Positions 39,922-54,861 of a stretch of DNA of 64,000 nucleotides are shown here, piece by piece (position 1 is the stretch's first letter; every line of letters starts with the position of its first letter). A program made the position numbers and the translations under genes. Origin of the DNA: Trueperaceae bacterium (GTDB taxonomy: Bacteria > Deinococcota > Deinococci > Deinococcales > Trueperaceae); NCBI GenBank assembly GCA_034521815.1, contig JAXHLW010000013.1:736001-800000 (forward strand), read 5' to 3'. The notes under the pieces are model-generated. The model was not told the origin of the DNA. It did no database searches and saw only the letters and a list, made by a program, of their open reading frames with translations.

Positions 39922-40380
39922 ATGGCGAGCACCCACTTCCGTGAAGGCCGTCCCCTCATGGTCGACGTCGGCGACAAGGCGCCCAGCACGCGCGAAGCGG
40001 TCGCCGAGGCGATCGTCGTCCTGCCGCCCGCCGCCGCTGCGGACCTGGACGGGGACGCGAAGAAGGGCGATCCGTTGCGCGTCGCCGAGCTGGCGGGGAT
40101 CATGGGGTCGAAGAAGACCGCGGAGCTCATTCCGCTCTGCCACCCGCTGGCCCTCGACGCGACCGAGGTCGAGGCGGTGCGCGAAGGCGACAAGGTCCGC
40201 ATCACCGCGCGATGCCGGACGCACGGCCGCACCGGGGTCGAGATGGAGGCCCTCACCGCGGCCAGCGTCGCGGCGCTGACCCTGTACGACATGCTCAAGG
40301 GGCGCAGCAAAGGGATCGTGATCGAGTCGGTTCGCCTACTCTCCAAGGAGGGCGGGGTGAGCGGCTCGTGGTCCGCGTGA
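39922..40380 (+). CDS. moaC: Cyclic pyranopterin monophosphate synthase MoaC
   Basis: [19 protein letters not shown] and YDMLK. Confidence 0.97.
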   Translation: MASTHFREGRPLMVDVGDKAPSTREAVAEAIVVLPPAAAADLDGDAKKGDPLRVAELAGIMGSKKTAELIPLCHPLALDATEVEAVREGDKVRITARCRTHGRTGVEMEALTAASVAALTLYDMLKGRSKGIVIESVRLLSKEGGVSGSWSA

Positions 40381-40805
40381 GACCGCTGGACTCGACCGAC
40401 CTCGAGAACGTCCAGAGCGTCGACGCCGTGGCGGCCCGGACCGCCCGGCGTCCCCCGGTCGCGACGCGCGGGGCGATCTCGTTCTACGCACGCACCGGGC
40501 ACGCGTTCGTGGCCGAGGACGCCGGCGGCGTCCGTGGCTTCGCGTTGGCGCAGGCCGTCTGGGACGGGACCCGACCGACGGTGAGGCTCGGGACGCTGGC
40601 GGTCGCCCAGAGCTCGGACGCAGAAGCGCGGGCCGCGTTGCTCGAAGCGGTCACCAAGAGCGGCTACGACGCCGCCGTCTACGACCTGACCTGCGAGATC
40701 CCCGACGGCGACGACGACGCTCGCGCCCTGCTCGACGCCGCAGGCTGGACGCCTCAGCCGATCCGCGTGTACGGCCGGACCCTCGGATCGAGAGGTGCCA
40801 CGTGA
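40377..40805 (+). CDS. DUF1999-like GNAT-fold protein
   Basis: [20 protein letters not shown] and [15 protein letters not shown]-coupled to moaC. Confidence 0.75.
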   Translation: MRPLDSTDLENVQSVDAVAARTARRPPVATRGAISFYARTGHAFVAEDAGGVRGFALAQAVWDGTRPTVRLGTLAVAQSSDAEARAALLEAVTKSGYDAAVYDLTCEIPDGDDDARALLDAAGWTPQPIRVYGRTLGSRGAT

Positions 40806-41029
40806 CCCGTCCGGCGGGCGGGGTCCGCGTCCTGCTGGGCGTCCGCGGATTGGACGACGACGACGACCGCCGCCGCGTGCACGAAGCCCTCGCGGCCACG
40901 CCCGGGGTCCTCGACGTCGGCGCGGGCGACGCCGGTCAGGTCGAGGTGCGCTACGACGACACCGAGACGACCGTCATGGAGATGATCCGAACGCTTCGCC
41001 GGCTCGGCTACCTCGCCGGCATGGAGTGA
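40802..41029 (+). CDS. HMA-like small protein lacking cysteines
   Basis: HMA-like pattern (GVRGL...ALAATPGV...VEVRYD...LRRLGY), coupled on both sides. Confidence 0.7.
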   Translation: MTRPAGGVRVLLGVRGLDDDDDRRRVHEALAATPGVLDVGAGDAGQVEVRYDDTETTVMEMIRTLRRLGYLAGME

Positions 41030-41334
41030 GCGCGTCGTCCAGCGGCGTCTGGGTAGGCGTGCTCACCTTCGTGGTGGCCACCCCGGGCGCACGCTCGTTG
41101 AAGGACAAGCGCGGCATGATCACGCCGATCGTCGAGCGGCTCAGGCAGCGTTTCCCCGTGTCCGTCGCCCGCCTGGCCGACCTGGACCGCTTGGACCGCG
41201 AGCGCCTGGGCGTGGTGATCGTCAGCGCCGATGCCGAGGTGTGCCGGCGCGTGCTCGAGCGAGCGCTCCGCTTCGCGGAGAGTTTCGGCCTGCGCCTCGA
41301 GGCGACGCGAATCGACGTGGACCGCTGGGACTGA
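41026..41334 (+). CDS. DUF503 (YlxP-like) protein
   Basis: SLKDKR...LRQRFPVSVA. Confidence 0.85.
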   Translation: MSASSSGVWVGVLTFVVATPGARSLKDKRGMITPIVERLRQRFPVSVARLADLDRLDRERLGVVIVSADAEVCRRVLERALRFAESFGLRLEATRIDVDRWD

Positions 41335-41350
41335 GCGCCGTCGCCGGCGC

Positions 41351-41397
41351 GCAGCTCGACACGTGCAGCTCGACACGTGCAGCTCGAGGCGTGCAGC
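41351..41397. repeat. 14-bp tandem repeat, about 3.3 copies
   Basis: GCAGCTCGACACGT units. Confidence 0.85.
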
Positions 41398-41555
41398 GCG
41401 AGACCCGTGCCGCGCTGCCCGTGCAGCGCGGTGGGTTGGGCCGCAGGCGCGCCCACGGGTACACTGTCGCCAACGACGCGACGGTGCCGATCGCGCAGGC
41501 GGGATTCGACGCCCTCCTGGTCGCACGCGCAGGGCGCCTCGCCAGGAGGTCCGAG

Positions 41556-41978
41556 ATGACGCAGCACCCCTCGCCCGAGACGCCGGGCGACGAGAAGAAG
41601 GTCCAGGCGCGCGGAAAGCGTTCCGCTCAGAAGCCCGTCGGCGACGCCACGAACGTTGCCGACGGCGCGCTGTCCACGCTCATCGGCCTCGCCGCTCACG
41701 AGGTGCCCGGCGTCGTGGGCATGGCGCCGACCAGCCTGGGCGAGGGGATCCGTCGCATTCTGGGCGTGTCGCAAGCGGACGAGGGGGTCGAGATCGAGCG
41801 GTCGGACGAGGCGCCCGATCGACCCGACGTCGTGCTCCACGTCGTCGTCGCGTACGGGGTGAACATCCCCGTGGTCGCCGAGTCCGTCATGGAACGCGTC
41901 CGCTACGCGGCGCGGCATTACGGCGGCGTCGAGGTGCGCGAGGTGAAGGTGCACGTCGCCGGGGTGTCCCGTGGCTGA
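41556..41978 (+). CDS. Asp23/Gls24 family protein
   Basis: IGLAAHEVPGVVGM, YGVNIP and VHVAGV. AGGAGG SD; upstream of the DAK2 gene. Confidence 0.92.
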   Translation: MTQHPSPETPGDEKKVQARGKRSAQKPVGDATNVADGALSTLIGLAAHEVPGVVGMAPTSLGEGIRRILGVSQADEGVEIERSDEAPDRPDVVLHVVVAYGVNIPVVAESVMERVRYAARHYGGVEVREVKVHVAGVSRG

Positions 41979-43578
41979 GGCCACCGACGGCTCTCCGAAC
42001 GTTCTGACCGCTCCCGACCTGGCCGACGCGTTCGCCTTCGCGACCGACTGGCTGGGCGTTCACATCGAAGAGGTCAACGCGCTGAACGTCTACCCGGTCC
42101 CGGACGGCGACACCGGCACGAACATGCACCTGACGATGCAGAGCGTCCGGCGTCAGATCGAGGGCGAAGCGCCGCGGACGATGGACCGTCTGGCGCACGC
42201 CCTCTCGTACGGCTCGCTGCTGGGCGCGCGCGGCAACTCGGGCGTGATCCTGAGCCAGATCCTCAAGGGATTCGCGGCAGCGATCCGCAAGCGTCGCAGC
42301 CTCGACGCGGACGGACTCCGAGACGCGCTGTCGAAGGCGACGGAGAGCGCCTACGCAGCGGTGATGAAGCCGGTCGAGGGGACGATCCTCACGGTCTGCC
42401 GAGCGATGAGCGAGCACGCGGCCAAGCGAGGCGGACCGGCGCGGCCGCTGGAGCTGCTGACCGCGACGGTGGCCGCGGGGCACGAGGCCCTCGCGAAGAC
42501 GCCGGAGCAGCTTCCGATGCTCAAGCAGGCCGGCGTGGTGGACGCGGGGGGCCTCGGCCTGCTGCGCATGCTGGACGGCGTGGTGGCGCACTACGAGGGT
42601 CGCGACCTGCCGCCGCCTCCGAAGGTCGAGCATCACGCCCAGGAACAGTTCGAGGAGGAGGCGTTCGGGTTCTGCACCGAGTTCCTGCTCTCGGACGTGA
42701 CCGTGTCGACGAAGGAGATCCAGGATCTGGTCGAGCCGTACGGCGACTCGCTGCTGGTCGTGGGCGCCGAAGGCTACGTCAAGGGGCACATCCATACCGA
42801 GGAGCCCGAGCGGCTCCTGGCCGAGGTCGGGCAGTACGGCCGGATGGTGCGCTCCAAGGTCGAGGACATGAGCGAGCAGCACAGCGAGATCCTCGCGAAC
42901 GTCGAGCTGGGAGAGGCCGAGGCGCCCACCGTGGCGCTCGTCGCGGTGAGCGACGGCTACGGCGTGACCAACGTGTTCCGCAGCCTGGGCGCGCGGGTCG
43001 TGGGCGGGGGACAGACCAACAACCCTTCGGTGCAGGACATCGCCGACGCGGTCCGTTCGGTCGGCGCCCAGACCGTGATCGTGATGCCCAACAACAAGAA
43101 CATCGTCATGGCCGCCGATCGCGTCATGGAGCTCGTCCCGGATCGCGACGTGCGGGTGCTGCCCACGAAGACGCTGGGGCAGGGGTTGGCCGCCGCGGTG
43201 CTGTTCCGCGACAACGCCGATCCCGACTCGCTGATGTCCGAGATGCAGGAGGCGGCCGAGGCGGCCGTCACGCTCGAGGTCACCACCGCCAGTCGCGACG
43301 CCACGATCGACGAGGTCAGCGTCGAGGAGGGCCAGTTCATCGGCCTCGCCGAGGGCAAGCTCCGGACCAGCGGCGACGAGCCCGAGCAGGTGCTCCGCAC
43401 CCTCGTCGACCAGGTCGGCGAGGACGCCGAGATCGGAACGCTGTTCTACTCCTCCGTCATCGATGCAGCCCGCGCCAAGAAGGTCGCCGAGGCGCTGATG
43501 GAGGAGCACGACGGCCTCGAGGTCGAGGTGCACGCCGGGGCTCCGGACCTGTACCCGTTCCTGATGGTGCTCGAATAG
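41971..43578 (+). CDS. fakA: DAK2-domain fatty acid kinase subunit A
   Basis: NVYPVPDGDTGTNM, GARGNSGVILSQ, VVDAGG and GGQTNNPS. Confidence 0.92.
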   Translation: MAEATDGSPNVLTAPDLADAFAFATDWLGVHIEEVNALNVYPVPDGDTGTNMHLTMQSVRRQIEGEAPRTMDRLAHALSYGSLLGARGNSGVILSQILKGFAAAIRKRRSLDADGLRDALSKATESAYAAVMKPVEGTILTVCRAMSEHAAKRGGPARPLELLTATVAAGHEALAKTPEQLPMLKQAGVVDAGGLGLLRMLDGVVAHYEGRDLPPPPKVEHHAQEQFEEEAFGFCTEFLLSDVTVSTKEIQDLVEPYGDSLLVVGAEGYVKGHIHTEEPERLLAEVGQYGRMVRSKVEDMSEQHSEILANVELGEAEAPTVALVAVSDGYGVTNVFRSLGARVVGGGQTNNPSVQDIADAVRSVGAQTVIVMPNNKNIVMAADRVMELVPDRDVRVLPTKTLGQGLAAAVLFRDNADPDSLMSEMQEAAEAAVTLEVTTASRDATIDEVSVEEGQFIGLAEGKLRTSGDEPEQVLRTLVDQVGEDAEIGTLFYSSVIDAARAKKVAEALMEEHDGLEVEVHAGAPDLYPFLMVLE

Positions 43579-43641
43579 CCGCGCAGTCCGCTGCGCGTCG
43601 GGACGCGCGTCCGTGGACGAGGATGATGAACGCGCCGTGAA

Positions 43642-43669
43642 GACGGAGTGGCAGCTGCGTCACTCCGTC
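43642..43669 (+). terminator. Hairpin downstream of fakA
   Basis: GACGGAGTG...CACTCCGTC perfect 9-bp inverted repeat; no strong U tract. Confidence 0.4.
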
Positions 43670-43706
43670 GCGACGTTTCCCGCTATGCTCGACGACAAGG
43701 AGGTTC

Positions 43707-44525
43707 ATGATGACGAGATTCTTCTACCTGCTTTCGGCCGCCGCCATCGCCGCGGTTCTGGGTGCCTGCACCGTGACCTTGTCCATCACCGACCAGGTGG
43801 ACAGGACCGTCGCGGCCGGCGCCTTCACGGGCGCTGACCTGGCCGCTGCAGCCCCCGCCGACGACGTCACACTGGGCGCCGGCGAGTCGATCATCTACCG
43901 TGTGAACGTGCCCAGCACGTCGGCCGACGCGCTGTACCTGTACCTGGACGCGGAACTGGACCTGTACGTGTACCGCGACTCGGGCAGCCTCTACGCGACC
44001 AGCGCCAGCGCCGATTTCTTCGCCGGTGGGAGTGCTGGGCTGGCCGTGTCGGCGACCGGAGCCACGCTCTCGCCGACGGACGTTTCGGCGAACCTCGCCT
44101 GCCCAGGTAGCTGCGTGATCCTCCCCAGCGGCACCAGCGATCCGGTCTACGTGCGCATCCGCAACACCTCTTCGTCCGATCGGAGCGTGTCGTTCTACGC
44201 TGCGCTGCGTGATTTCGAGGACACCTCGGAAGCGACCAGCGGCCTCGACGCCCTCGAGGTCGGTGTCACGACTGGTGCGCTCGAGACGCTTAGCGACGTC
44301 GACGCGTACGAAGTGCAGACGCCCGGCACGCTCTACTTCGACGGAACCCTCGATGCGGGAATCGTGTTCGAGGCCGAGATCACCGATCCGATCTACGGTA
44401 CGACACGCGTCCTGTCGAGCGGAGACTCCGCCGCGGTGTTGGATTTCGAGGAGGTCCGCGTCTACGCGGTGAACGACCGCGCCGCCGTGTCCGGCAAGAG
44501 CCTGTACTTCCTCGAGCTCCAGTAG
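43707..44525 (+). CDS. Hypothetical lipoprotein
   Basis: TATGCT, AAGGAGG SD, lipobox VLGA-C and a beta-rich body with CPGSC. Confidence 0.8.
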   Translation: MMTRFFYLLSAAAIAAVLGACTVTLSITDQVDRTVAAGAFTGADLAAAAPADDVTLGAGESIIYRVNVPSTSADALYLYLDAELDLYVYRDSGSLYATSASADFFAGGSAGLAVSATGATLSPTDVSANLACPGSCVILPSGTSDPVYVRIRNTSSSDRSVSFYAALRDFEDTSEATSGLDALEVGVTTGALETLSDVDAYEVQTPGTLYFDGTLDAGIVFEAEITDPIYGTTRVLSSGDSAAVLDFEEVRVYAVNDRAAVSGKSLYFLELQ

Positions 44526-44608
44526 TCGATCCGAGCGCTGTGCGGCTCGCGATCATCGGCGCCACCGTTCCCATGCGGTGGCGCCGCGCTCGATGCGTGG
44601 TCGTCAGG

Positions 44609-45421
44609 ATGAAGACGTGCATCGTTGCGTGTCTCGTAGCACTGTCTTCGTCCGGCGCTGCGGCGTCGGCGTGCGCGTTCGCAACCGAGCCGAGCGTGCG
44701 GGACGCGTTGGCCAGCATCGAAGGCCCGTTGCCGGCGCTTCCTGAGCTGGCCGCGTCGGACCCGGCGCGAACGCTGCTGCAGGACCCGTCGCGTCGAAGC
44801 GAAGGCGACGCCGTCGATCCCGAGATCGCGGCGGGCCAGGTGTACGGCGTGCCGTGGCCCGCGGTCGCCGAAGATCACGCGCCGACGGCGCAGGCGGTCG
44901 CCGCCTGGGCGCAGGCCGCCTCGCGCTCGGTCAGCGCCTACGGCGTGTTCGTGCACGATCGCTCGCTGGGCGCGATCGTCGCGGCCGGCACCTACTGGAC
45001 CAGCCCGCTTGTCGATCGCCTCGAGGTCACCCGGCTGGCCGCGCCCTGGCCCGGCGCGATGCCGAACGCACGGCTGCTGGCCACGTCGGGATCGTGTCGG
45101 GTCACCGTGCGCACCTGGCTGGAGCTGCCGGTCGAGCTGGTGGAGGAGATGACGGCGCTGGACGACGAGACCGACGCGAGCGCCAGCGTCTACCTCGTGG
45201 CGAACGTGCCGGGCGGCGACCCCGCACGAAGCTGGATCGACCTGGACGAGCTGTTGGACGCCGTCACGTTCGACCACCCCGCCACGCGCGACGCCACGTC
45301 GTTCTACCTCTGGTTCGTGGGCCCGAGCGCGAACCCGGTCACGCTGGCCCGTGCGCTCCCGCGGGTCCGCAGCAATTTGGGGCCCCGCGCCCTGTGGGGC
45401 CTGGTGCAGGACCTGCGCTAG
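44609..45421 (+). CDS. Hypothetical exported protein
   Basis: Signal-like MKTCIVACLVALSSSGAAASA and host-like codon use. Confidence 0.65.
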   Translation: MKTCIVACLVALSSSGAAASACAFATEPSVRDALASIEGPLPALPELAASDPARTLLQDPSRRSEGDAVDPEIAAGQVYGVPWPAVAEDHAPTAQAVAAWAQAASRSVSAYGVFVHDRSLGAIVAAGTYWTSPLVDRLEVTRLAAPWPGAMPNARLLATSGSCRVTVRTWLELPVELVEEMTALDDETDASASVYLVANVPGGDPARSWIDLDELLDAVTFDHPATRDATSFYLWFVGPSANPVTLARALPRVRSNLGPRALWGLVQDLR

Positions 45422-46410
45422 CCGCTCGCGATCGCCGCTCGGATGGCGTCCCGCATCGCTCGCGTCGCGGCGGCCGCCTCGCGCGGCGGATCGTCGCCGT
45501 CACGGTAGGTGAGGCTCCGGCTGGCCGACACGACCGCTCCGAGCCCGTCGGCGTCGAACGCGGCGCGCACGCCTTCGGCGCTGGCGCCCTGCGCGCCGTA
45601 GCCGGGGACCAGCAGAATCGAGTGGGGAAGACGGCGACGCAGCGACGCCAGGCGCTCCGGCACGGTGCCGCCCACGACCGCGCCCAGCGGGCCGTAGCCA
45701 TGGGCGTCCACGCCCGCCTCGCGCGCCCGCTCGGTCAGCAGGTCGGCCAGCCGGTCGGCGACCGTCACCGCGCCCGTGCCGGTGTCGGCCAGCGCCAGCT
45801 CCTGCAGGTCGGCGCCGCCGGGGTTGCTGGTCCGAACCAGCACGAACACGCCGCGGTGCTCCCGCTGGGCGGCCAAGACGAACGGCTCGATCGCGTCCAT
45901 GCCCAGGTACGGCTGCACCGTCAGCGCGTCGGCGGCGAACACCCCGCCTCCGAGGTAGGCGTCGGCGTACGCCTCGGCGGTCGAGCCGACGTCGCCCCGC
46001 TTGGCGTCCAGGATCACGGGGATGTCGCGCTCGCGAGCGTCGGCCAGCAGCTGCGCCATGCCGATCAGGCCGGGCACGCCCATCCGCTCGAAGAACGCGC
46101 TCTGGAGCTTGACGCAGGCGAGGTCGTCGGCCGCCGCGTCGATGAGGTCGCGGAAGTACACGACCACGGCCTTGGCCACCTTGGCGGGGTCGCCGGCGTG
46201 GCTTGCGGGGTGCGTCGAGGGGTGCAGGTCCGGGCGAGGATCGATGCCCATGCAGACGTGCGTGCCCAGCGCCTCCATGCGGGCATGGAGGCGCTGGGCG
46301 AACGGCGCGGTCGGAGCAGACCCGGAGCCGCCGCCCGGCAGGTCGTCCTGGCCGTCCCCGTCCCGATCGCGGGCGAGGTGCGCGGCCGTGTGGCCCGCGG
46401 CGTGGTCCAC
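45418..46410 (-). CDS. pyrF: Orotidine-5'-phosphate decarboxylase
   Basis: CMGIDP, DAKRGDVGST, VRTSNPG and LVPGYGAQG. Start uncertain. Confidence 0.93.
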   Translation of the reverse strand: MDHAAGHTAAHLARDRDGDGQDDLPGGGSGSAPTAPFAQRLHARMEALGTHVCMGIDPRPDLHPSTHPASHAGDPAKVAKAVVVYFRDLIDAAADDLACVKLQSAFFERMGVPGLIGMAQLLADARERDIPVILDAKRGDVGSTAEAYADAYLGGGVFAADALTVQPYLGMDAIEPFVLAAQREHRGVFVLVRTSNPGGADLQELALADTGTGAVTVADRLADLLTERAREAGVDAHGYGPLGAVVGGTVPERLASLRRRLPHSILLVPGYGAQGASAEGVRAAFDADGLGAVVSASRSLTYRDGDDPPREAAAATRAMRDAIRAAIASG

Positions 46411-46411
46411 C

Positions 46412-49227
<2,816 letters not shown>

Positions 49228-49356
49228 GGTTCGGGTGAGTCTCCCTCCGCGGTTCGGCGGCCGCCGGGGTCGCCGGGCGTCGCCGGGGGCCGCATCGGCC
49301 GGTGCGGCCGCGTCGTCGCAATAGTCCGAGTCTAGCACCGGCATGGCGACGTTCCG

Positions 49357-49926
49357 TCAGCCACAGGACCGCGCCAGCACGGCGATCCTGGTCAGGGCGT
49401 TGGAGCCGTACCGACGCACCGACGGCGCGTCGTGCACCCCGCCCGGGTCCAGCACGGCGGCCAACGCAGGCGCCAGGTCCAGGCCGCTGGGGTGCTGGAA
49501 CACGTACACGCCGCCGGGCCGGGCAGGACCGTGGCGAACGATCTCCGCGAAGATCGCGCCGAGGTCCAGGGGGTAGGGCGGCGCAGCGAAGACCACCTCG
49601 TACCGTCCGGGTCGCGTGCGCGCGACCTTCAGCGCGTCGCCCTGGACGATCTCGGCCCGCACGCCCAGTCGCCCGGCGTTGCGGCGGAGAACCCCCGCCG
49701 CGGCGGCGTCCAGCTCGACCAACGTGGCGGGGAAGCCGCGACTGGCCGCCTCGAGCCCCACGGCACCCGAGCCGGCGTACAGATCGAGGAACGGCCCGCG
49801 CTCCCGGAACTGCAGCGCGTCGAACAGCGCCTCGCGCAGCCGCGACGGGCTGGGGCGCGTCCCGCGGGCGGGCGTGTCCAACGTCATGCCCTTCGCGCTG
49901 CCTGCGAGGATGCGCGGCTTCGACAT
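49357..49926 (-). CDS. rsmD: 16S rRNA m2G966 methyltransferase RsmD
   Basis: RILAGSAKG, RLREALF, DLYAGSGAVGLEAASRG and APPY. Confidence 0.92.
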   Translation of the reverse strand: MSKPRILAGSAKGMTLDTPARGTRPSPSRLREALFDALQFRERGPFLDLYAGSGAVGLEAASRGFPATLVELDAAAAGVLRRNAGRLGVRAEIVQGDALKVARTRPGRYEVVFAAPPYPLDLGAIFAEIVRHGPARPGGVYVFQHPSGLDLAPALAAVLDPGGVHDAPSVRRYGSNALTRIAVLARSCG

Positions 49927-50002
49927 GGCGGCATGGTCGCACGAAGACGGCGCGCACGCGCACGAACCCGAGGCGGCCGAGTCCCGCGGTAGAGTGCCGC
50001 TC

Positions 50003-50891
50003 GTGATTCGCGCCCTGGCCCCCGACGAGCTCGTGTGGTTTCTGGCGCGGGCGTTGGCCTTCCAGGGCCACGGAGACCCGATGGGGCTGGCGCAACGCCT
50101 CGCGCCCAGCTTGAAGAACGCCCGGCGCGACGGCCAGCGCACGTTCGTGTGGCTGGGCGCCGACGGGCCTCCCCGCGCCGGCGCCCATTTCCGCGCACCC
50201 GACCCGGACGACGACGCCCGCACCGCCCGGCTGGGCCCGCTGTGGCACGACGGCGACGAAACCGAGGCGCGGGCGTTCATCCACGGGGCTGCTGGGCACG
50301 ACGCCCCACGACGCCGTCGAGGTGCGCCTGGACGGCGTGCCGGCCGCGGCGCGCGACCGGCTCGCCAGCTGGCTCGGACCGCTGGGCTTCGAGCCGACCG
50401 AGCGAATCCGGATGCGCTTCCTGCTCGCGGACACGCCGCCGCTGGGTCGACCGCTGTCGCTGGACGCCTGGACGGCCGAGACGGACGCCGCGTTCCGCGA
50501 GCTCTACCTGGCCGCCGAGGGCGAGGCCGGGGGCGGACCGCGCTGGTCGTGGCTCAAGCGCCAGGGCGGCCGTTTCCGTCCCGACCTCTGGTTCCTCGCC
50601 CGGCCCGCGCCGGACCAGGAGCCGATCGGCTACGCGTTCTGTCACGGCGACGATGCGCTCGACGCACGCTACCGGCTGGTCGCCGTGGGCGTGCTGCCGG
50701 AGCATCGCGGCTCGACGGAGATGGTCCGTCGCCTGGTGCTGACGACGCTTCTCGAGCTCGCGGCACGGAGCCCGTTCGGCTCGGTCGACGTGCAGGCGGA
50801 CGTGCACGACCCGAAGCTGGTCCGGATCCTGCAGTCGCTGGGGTTCGACGACCTGGGGCACGAGCCCCGCTTGGAGCGTCGCCCCGACTGA
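50003..50891 (+). CDS. Tandem GNAT-like hypothetical protein, frameshifted near 50287
   Basis: IRALAPDEL N-half and VGVLPEHRG...LQSLGF C-half, joined by removing one G of CACGGGGCTG. TAGAGT 7 nt before GTG. Confidence 0.7.
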
Positions 50892-50982
50892 GCCACGACG
50901 TCGGCCACGACGCCGGCCACGATCCTGCCGGCTCCGTCGTTCGTCGGAGGACGACGGCACGCCGGCTTGCTACGCTCGCGTC

Positions 50983-51345
50983 ATGAACCTACTCATTCGC
51001 TGGGCGCTGAACGCGCTGGCCCTCTGGCTCACCGTGCAGCTCGACATCGGCGTCTCCATGGCGACGTCGGGCCTCGGACCGCTGCTGATCTCGGCCCTGG
51101 TGCTGGGGCTCGTGAACGCGATCATTCGACCGATCATGGTGCTGCTGACGCTGCCGCTCACCGTGCTGACGCTGGGCCTGTTCCTGCTGGTCGTGAACGC
51201 GTTGGCCCTGGGGGTCGTGGCCGCGCTGACGCCCGTCCAGCTGTCCGGCTTCGGCGGCGCGGTTCTCGGGGCGCTGGTCCTGACGATCATCAGCACCCTG
51301 CTGTCGCGGCTGTTCCGCGACGAGAAGGGAATCGTGCGGCGCTGA
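50983..51345 (+). CDS. YvlD-like 4-TM 'phage holin family' membrane protein
   Basis: LGLVNAIIRP..LLTLP..LTLGLF..VVNA. Confidence 0.9.
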   Translation: MNLLIRWALNALALWLTVQLDIGVSMATSGLGPLLISALVLGLVNAIIRPIMVLLTLPLTVLTLGLFLLVVNALALGVVAALTPVQLSGFGGAVLGALVLTIISTLLSRLFRDEKGIVRR

Positions 51346-51462
51346 CCGTCTCGCCCCGGCAGGTACGTTCGAGCGCGCGCCGCCTGGGCGCGCGCTCTTT
51401 TGGCATGCATCGCTCGCTCGATCGCGCTGCGCGCCGGCGCGCACCGCGTCGGCGGACGTCGC

Positions 51463-53844
<2,382 letters not shown>

Positions 53845-53963
53845 GCCCGAGTAGACACCGCGCGCCCCCGGCGATCGGTAAGCCGGCTGACGTCGCCTGG
53901 GAGACGCAGTACCGTCGGAGACGGACGTTTCGAACGTGAGCCCGTCGACGAGCGACGACGTCC

Positions 53964-54815
53964 TCAGCCGGCGCGGAGCCGCTCGAGCGACGCCGCGTCG
54001 GCGCGCAGACCCATCGCGCGGGCCGTCCCCAGCAGCTCGCCAAGCGTCGTCCCTGTCGGCGACCGCGCCTCGTGCGCAGGCGACAGCTGCAGCGCGCGAA
54101 CCCGCGCACGAAGCGCCAGTGGGCGATGAGGCGCGGCATCGGCGGCCTTCGCGGCCTCTACCAGTCGAGCCGCGTCACGCTCGGCCAGGCCCAGGGCCAG
54201 AAGCGCGCGGGCGATCCCGGCCGGGTCGCGGACGCGCTGGGCGCGGCCGAGGGCACGCGAGGCCAGGGGCGCCGCCTTGGCCGGCGCGCGCCAGCCCAGG
54301 TGCGCGAGGGCGAGGCCCGCGAGGGGAACGACCGAGACCGCCTCCGACGTCGAGAACTCGCTGACGCCGAGCGCCTCGCCGAACGCCTCGACCGCGTCTC
54401 GCGGCCGTCCGAGGGCCAGCGCCGCCTCGCCCCGCACGCACGACGCCCCGATCTGGAGCGGTCCGTCCCGGTGGCGCCGCGCGAGCGCCGAGGCGTGCCC
54501 CGCCCGCCGCTCGCCCTCCGCCAGCGCCTCCGCGTCGCCTCGCCACACCAGCGCCGCCGCCAGCTGCAGCTCCAGGTAGCCGTCCTCCCAGCTGCCCAGG
54601 GCCTCATACAACACGCCCACGGCGTCGTCGATCCGGCCCAGGAAGATCCGCAGCTGCCCCAAGCGAGCGTGCAGGCGCGCGCGCTCGGCAGGGTCGAACC
54701 GCGATGCCTCTTCGAGCGCGCCGGCCAGGCGCGCCTCGGCGGCAGCCGGATCGGTGCCCCAGGTCCGGGCGACCTCGTCCAAAAGAAGCTTGGCACGCGC
54801 ATCGCTCGTCGCCAT
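53964..54815 (-). CDS. TPR-like hypothetical protein
   Basis: Helical repeats (LGQLRIFLGRIDDA, GEAALALGRPRDA). TATCGT 7 nt before ATG. Confidence 0.7.
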   Translation of the reverse strand: MATSDARAKLLLDEVARTWGTDPAAAEARLAGALEEASRFDPAERARLHARLGQLRIFLGRIDDAVGVLYEALGSWEDGYLELQLAAALVWRGDAEALAEGERRAGHASALARRHRDGPLQIGASCVRGEAALALGRPRDAVEAFGEALGVSEFSTSEAVSVVPLAGLALAHLGWRAPAKAAPLASRALGRAQRVRDPAGIARALLALGLAERDAARLVEAAKAADAAPHRPLALRARVRALQLSPAHEARSPTGTTLGELLGTARAMGLRADAASLERLRAG

Positions 54816-54861
54816 CGGGGCCACGATAGCGGGCTCCGCGCCGAAGCGGTAGCGTGGATGC

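Noticed and set aside
41351-41397. CRISPR-like array (also 59524-59564 and 24960-24998)
   Set aside because: Units are contiguous 11-14-mers without spacers, and no cas genes are present.
50983-51345. Prophage suggested by the 'phage holin' gene
   Set aside because: This is a common chromosomal YvlD-type family; there are no phage genes, integrase or att sites nearby.
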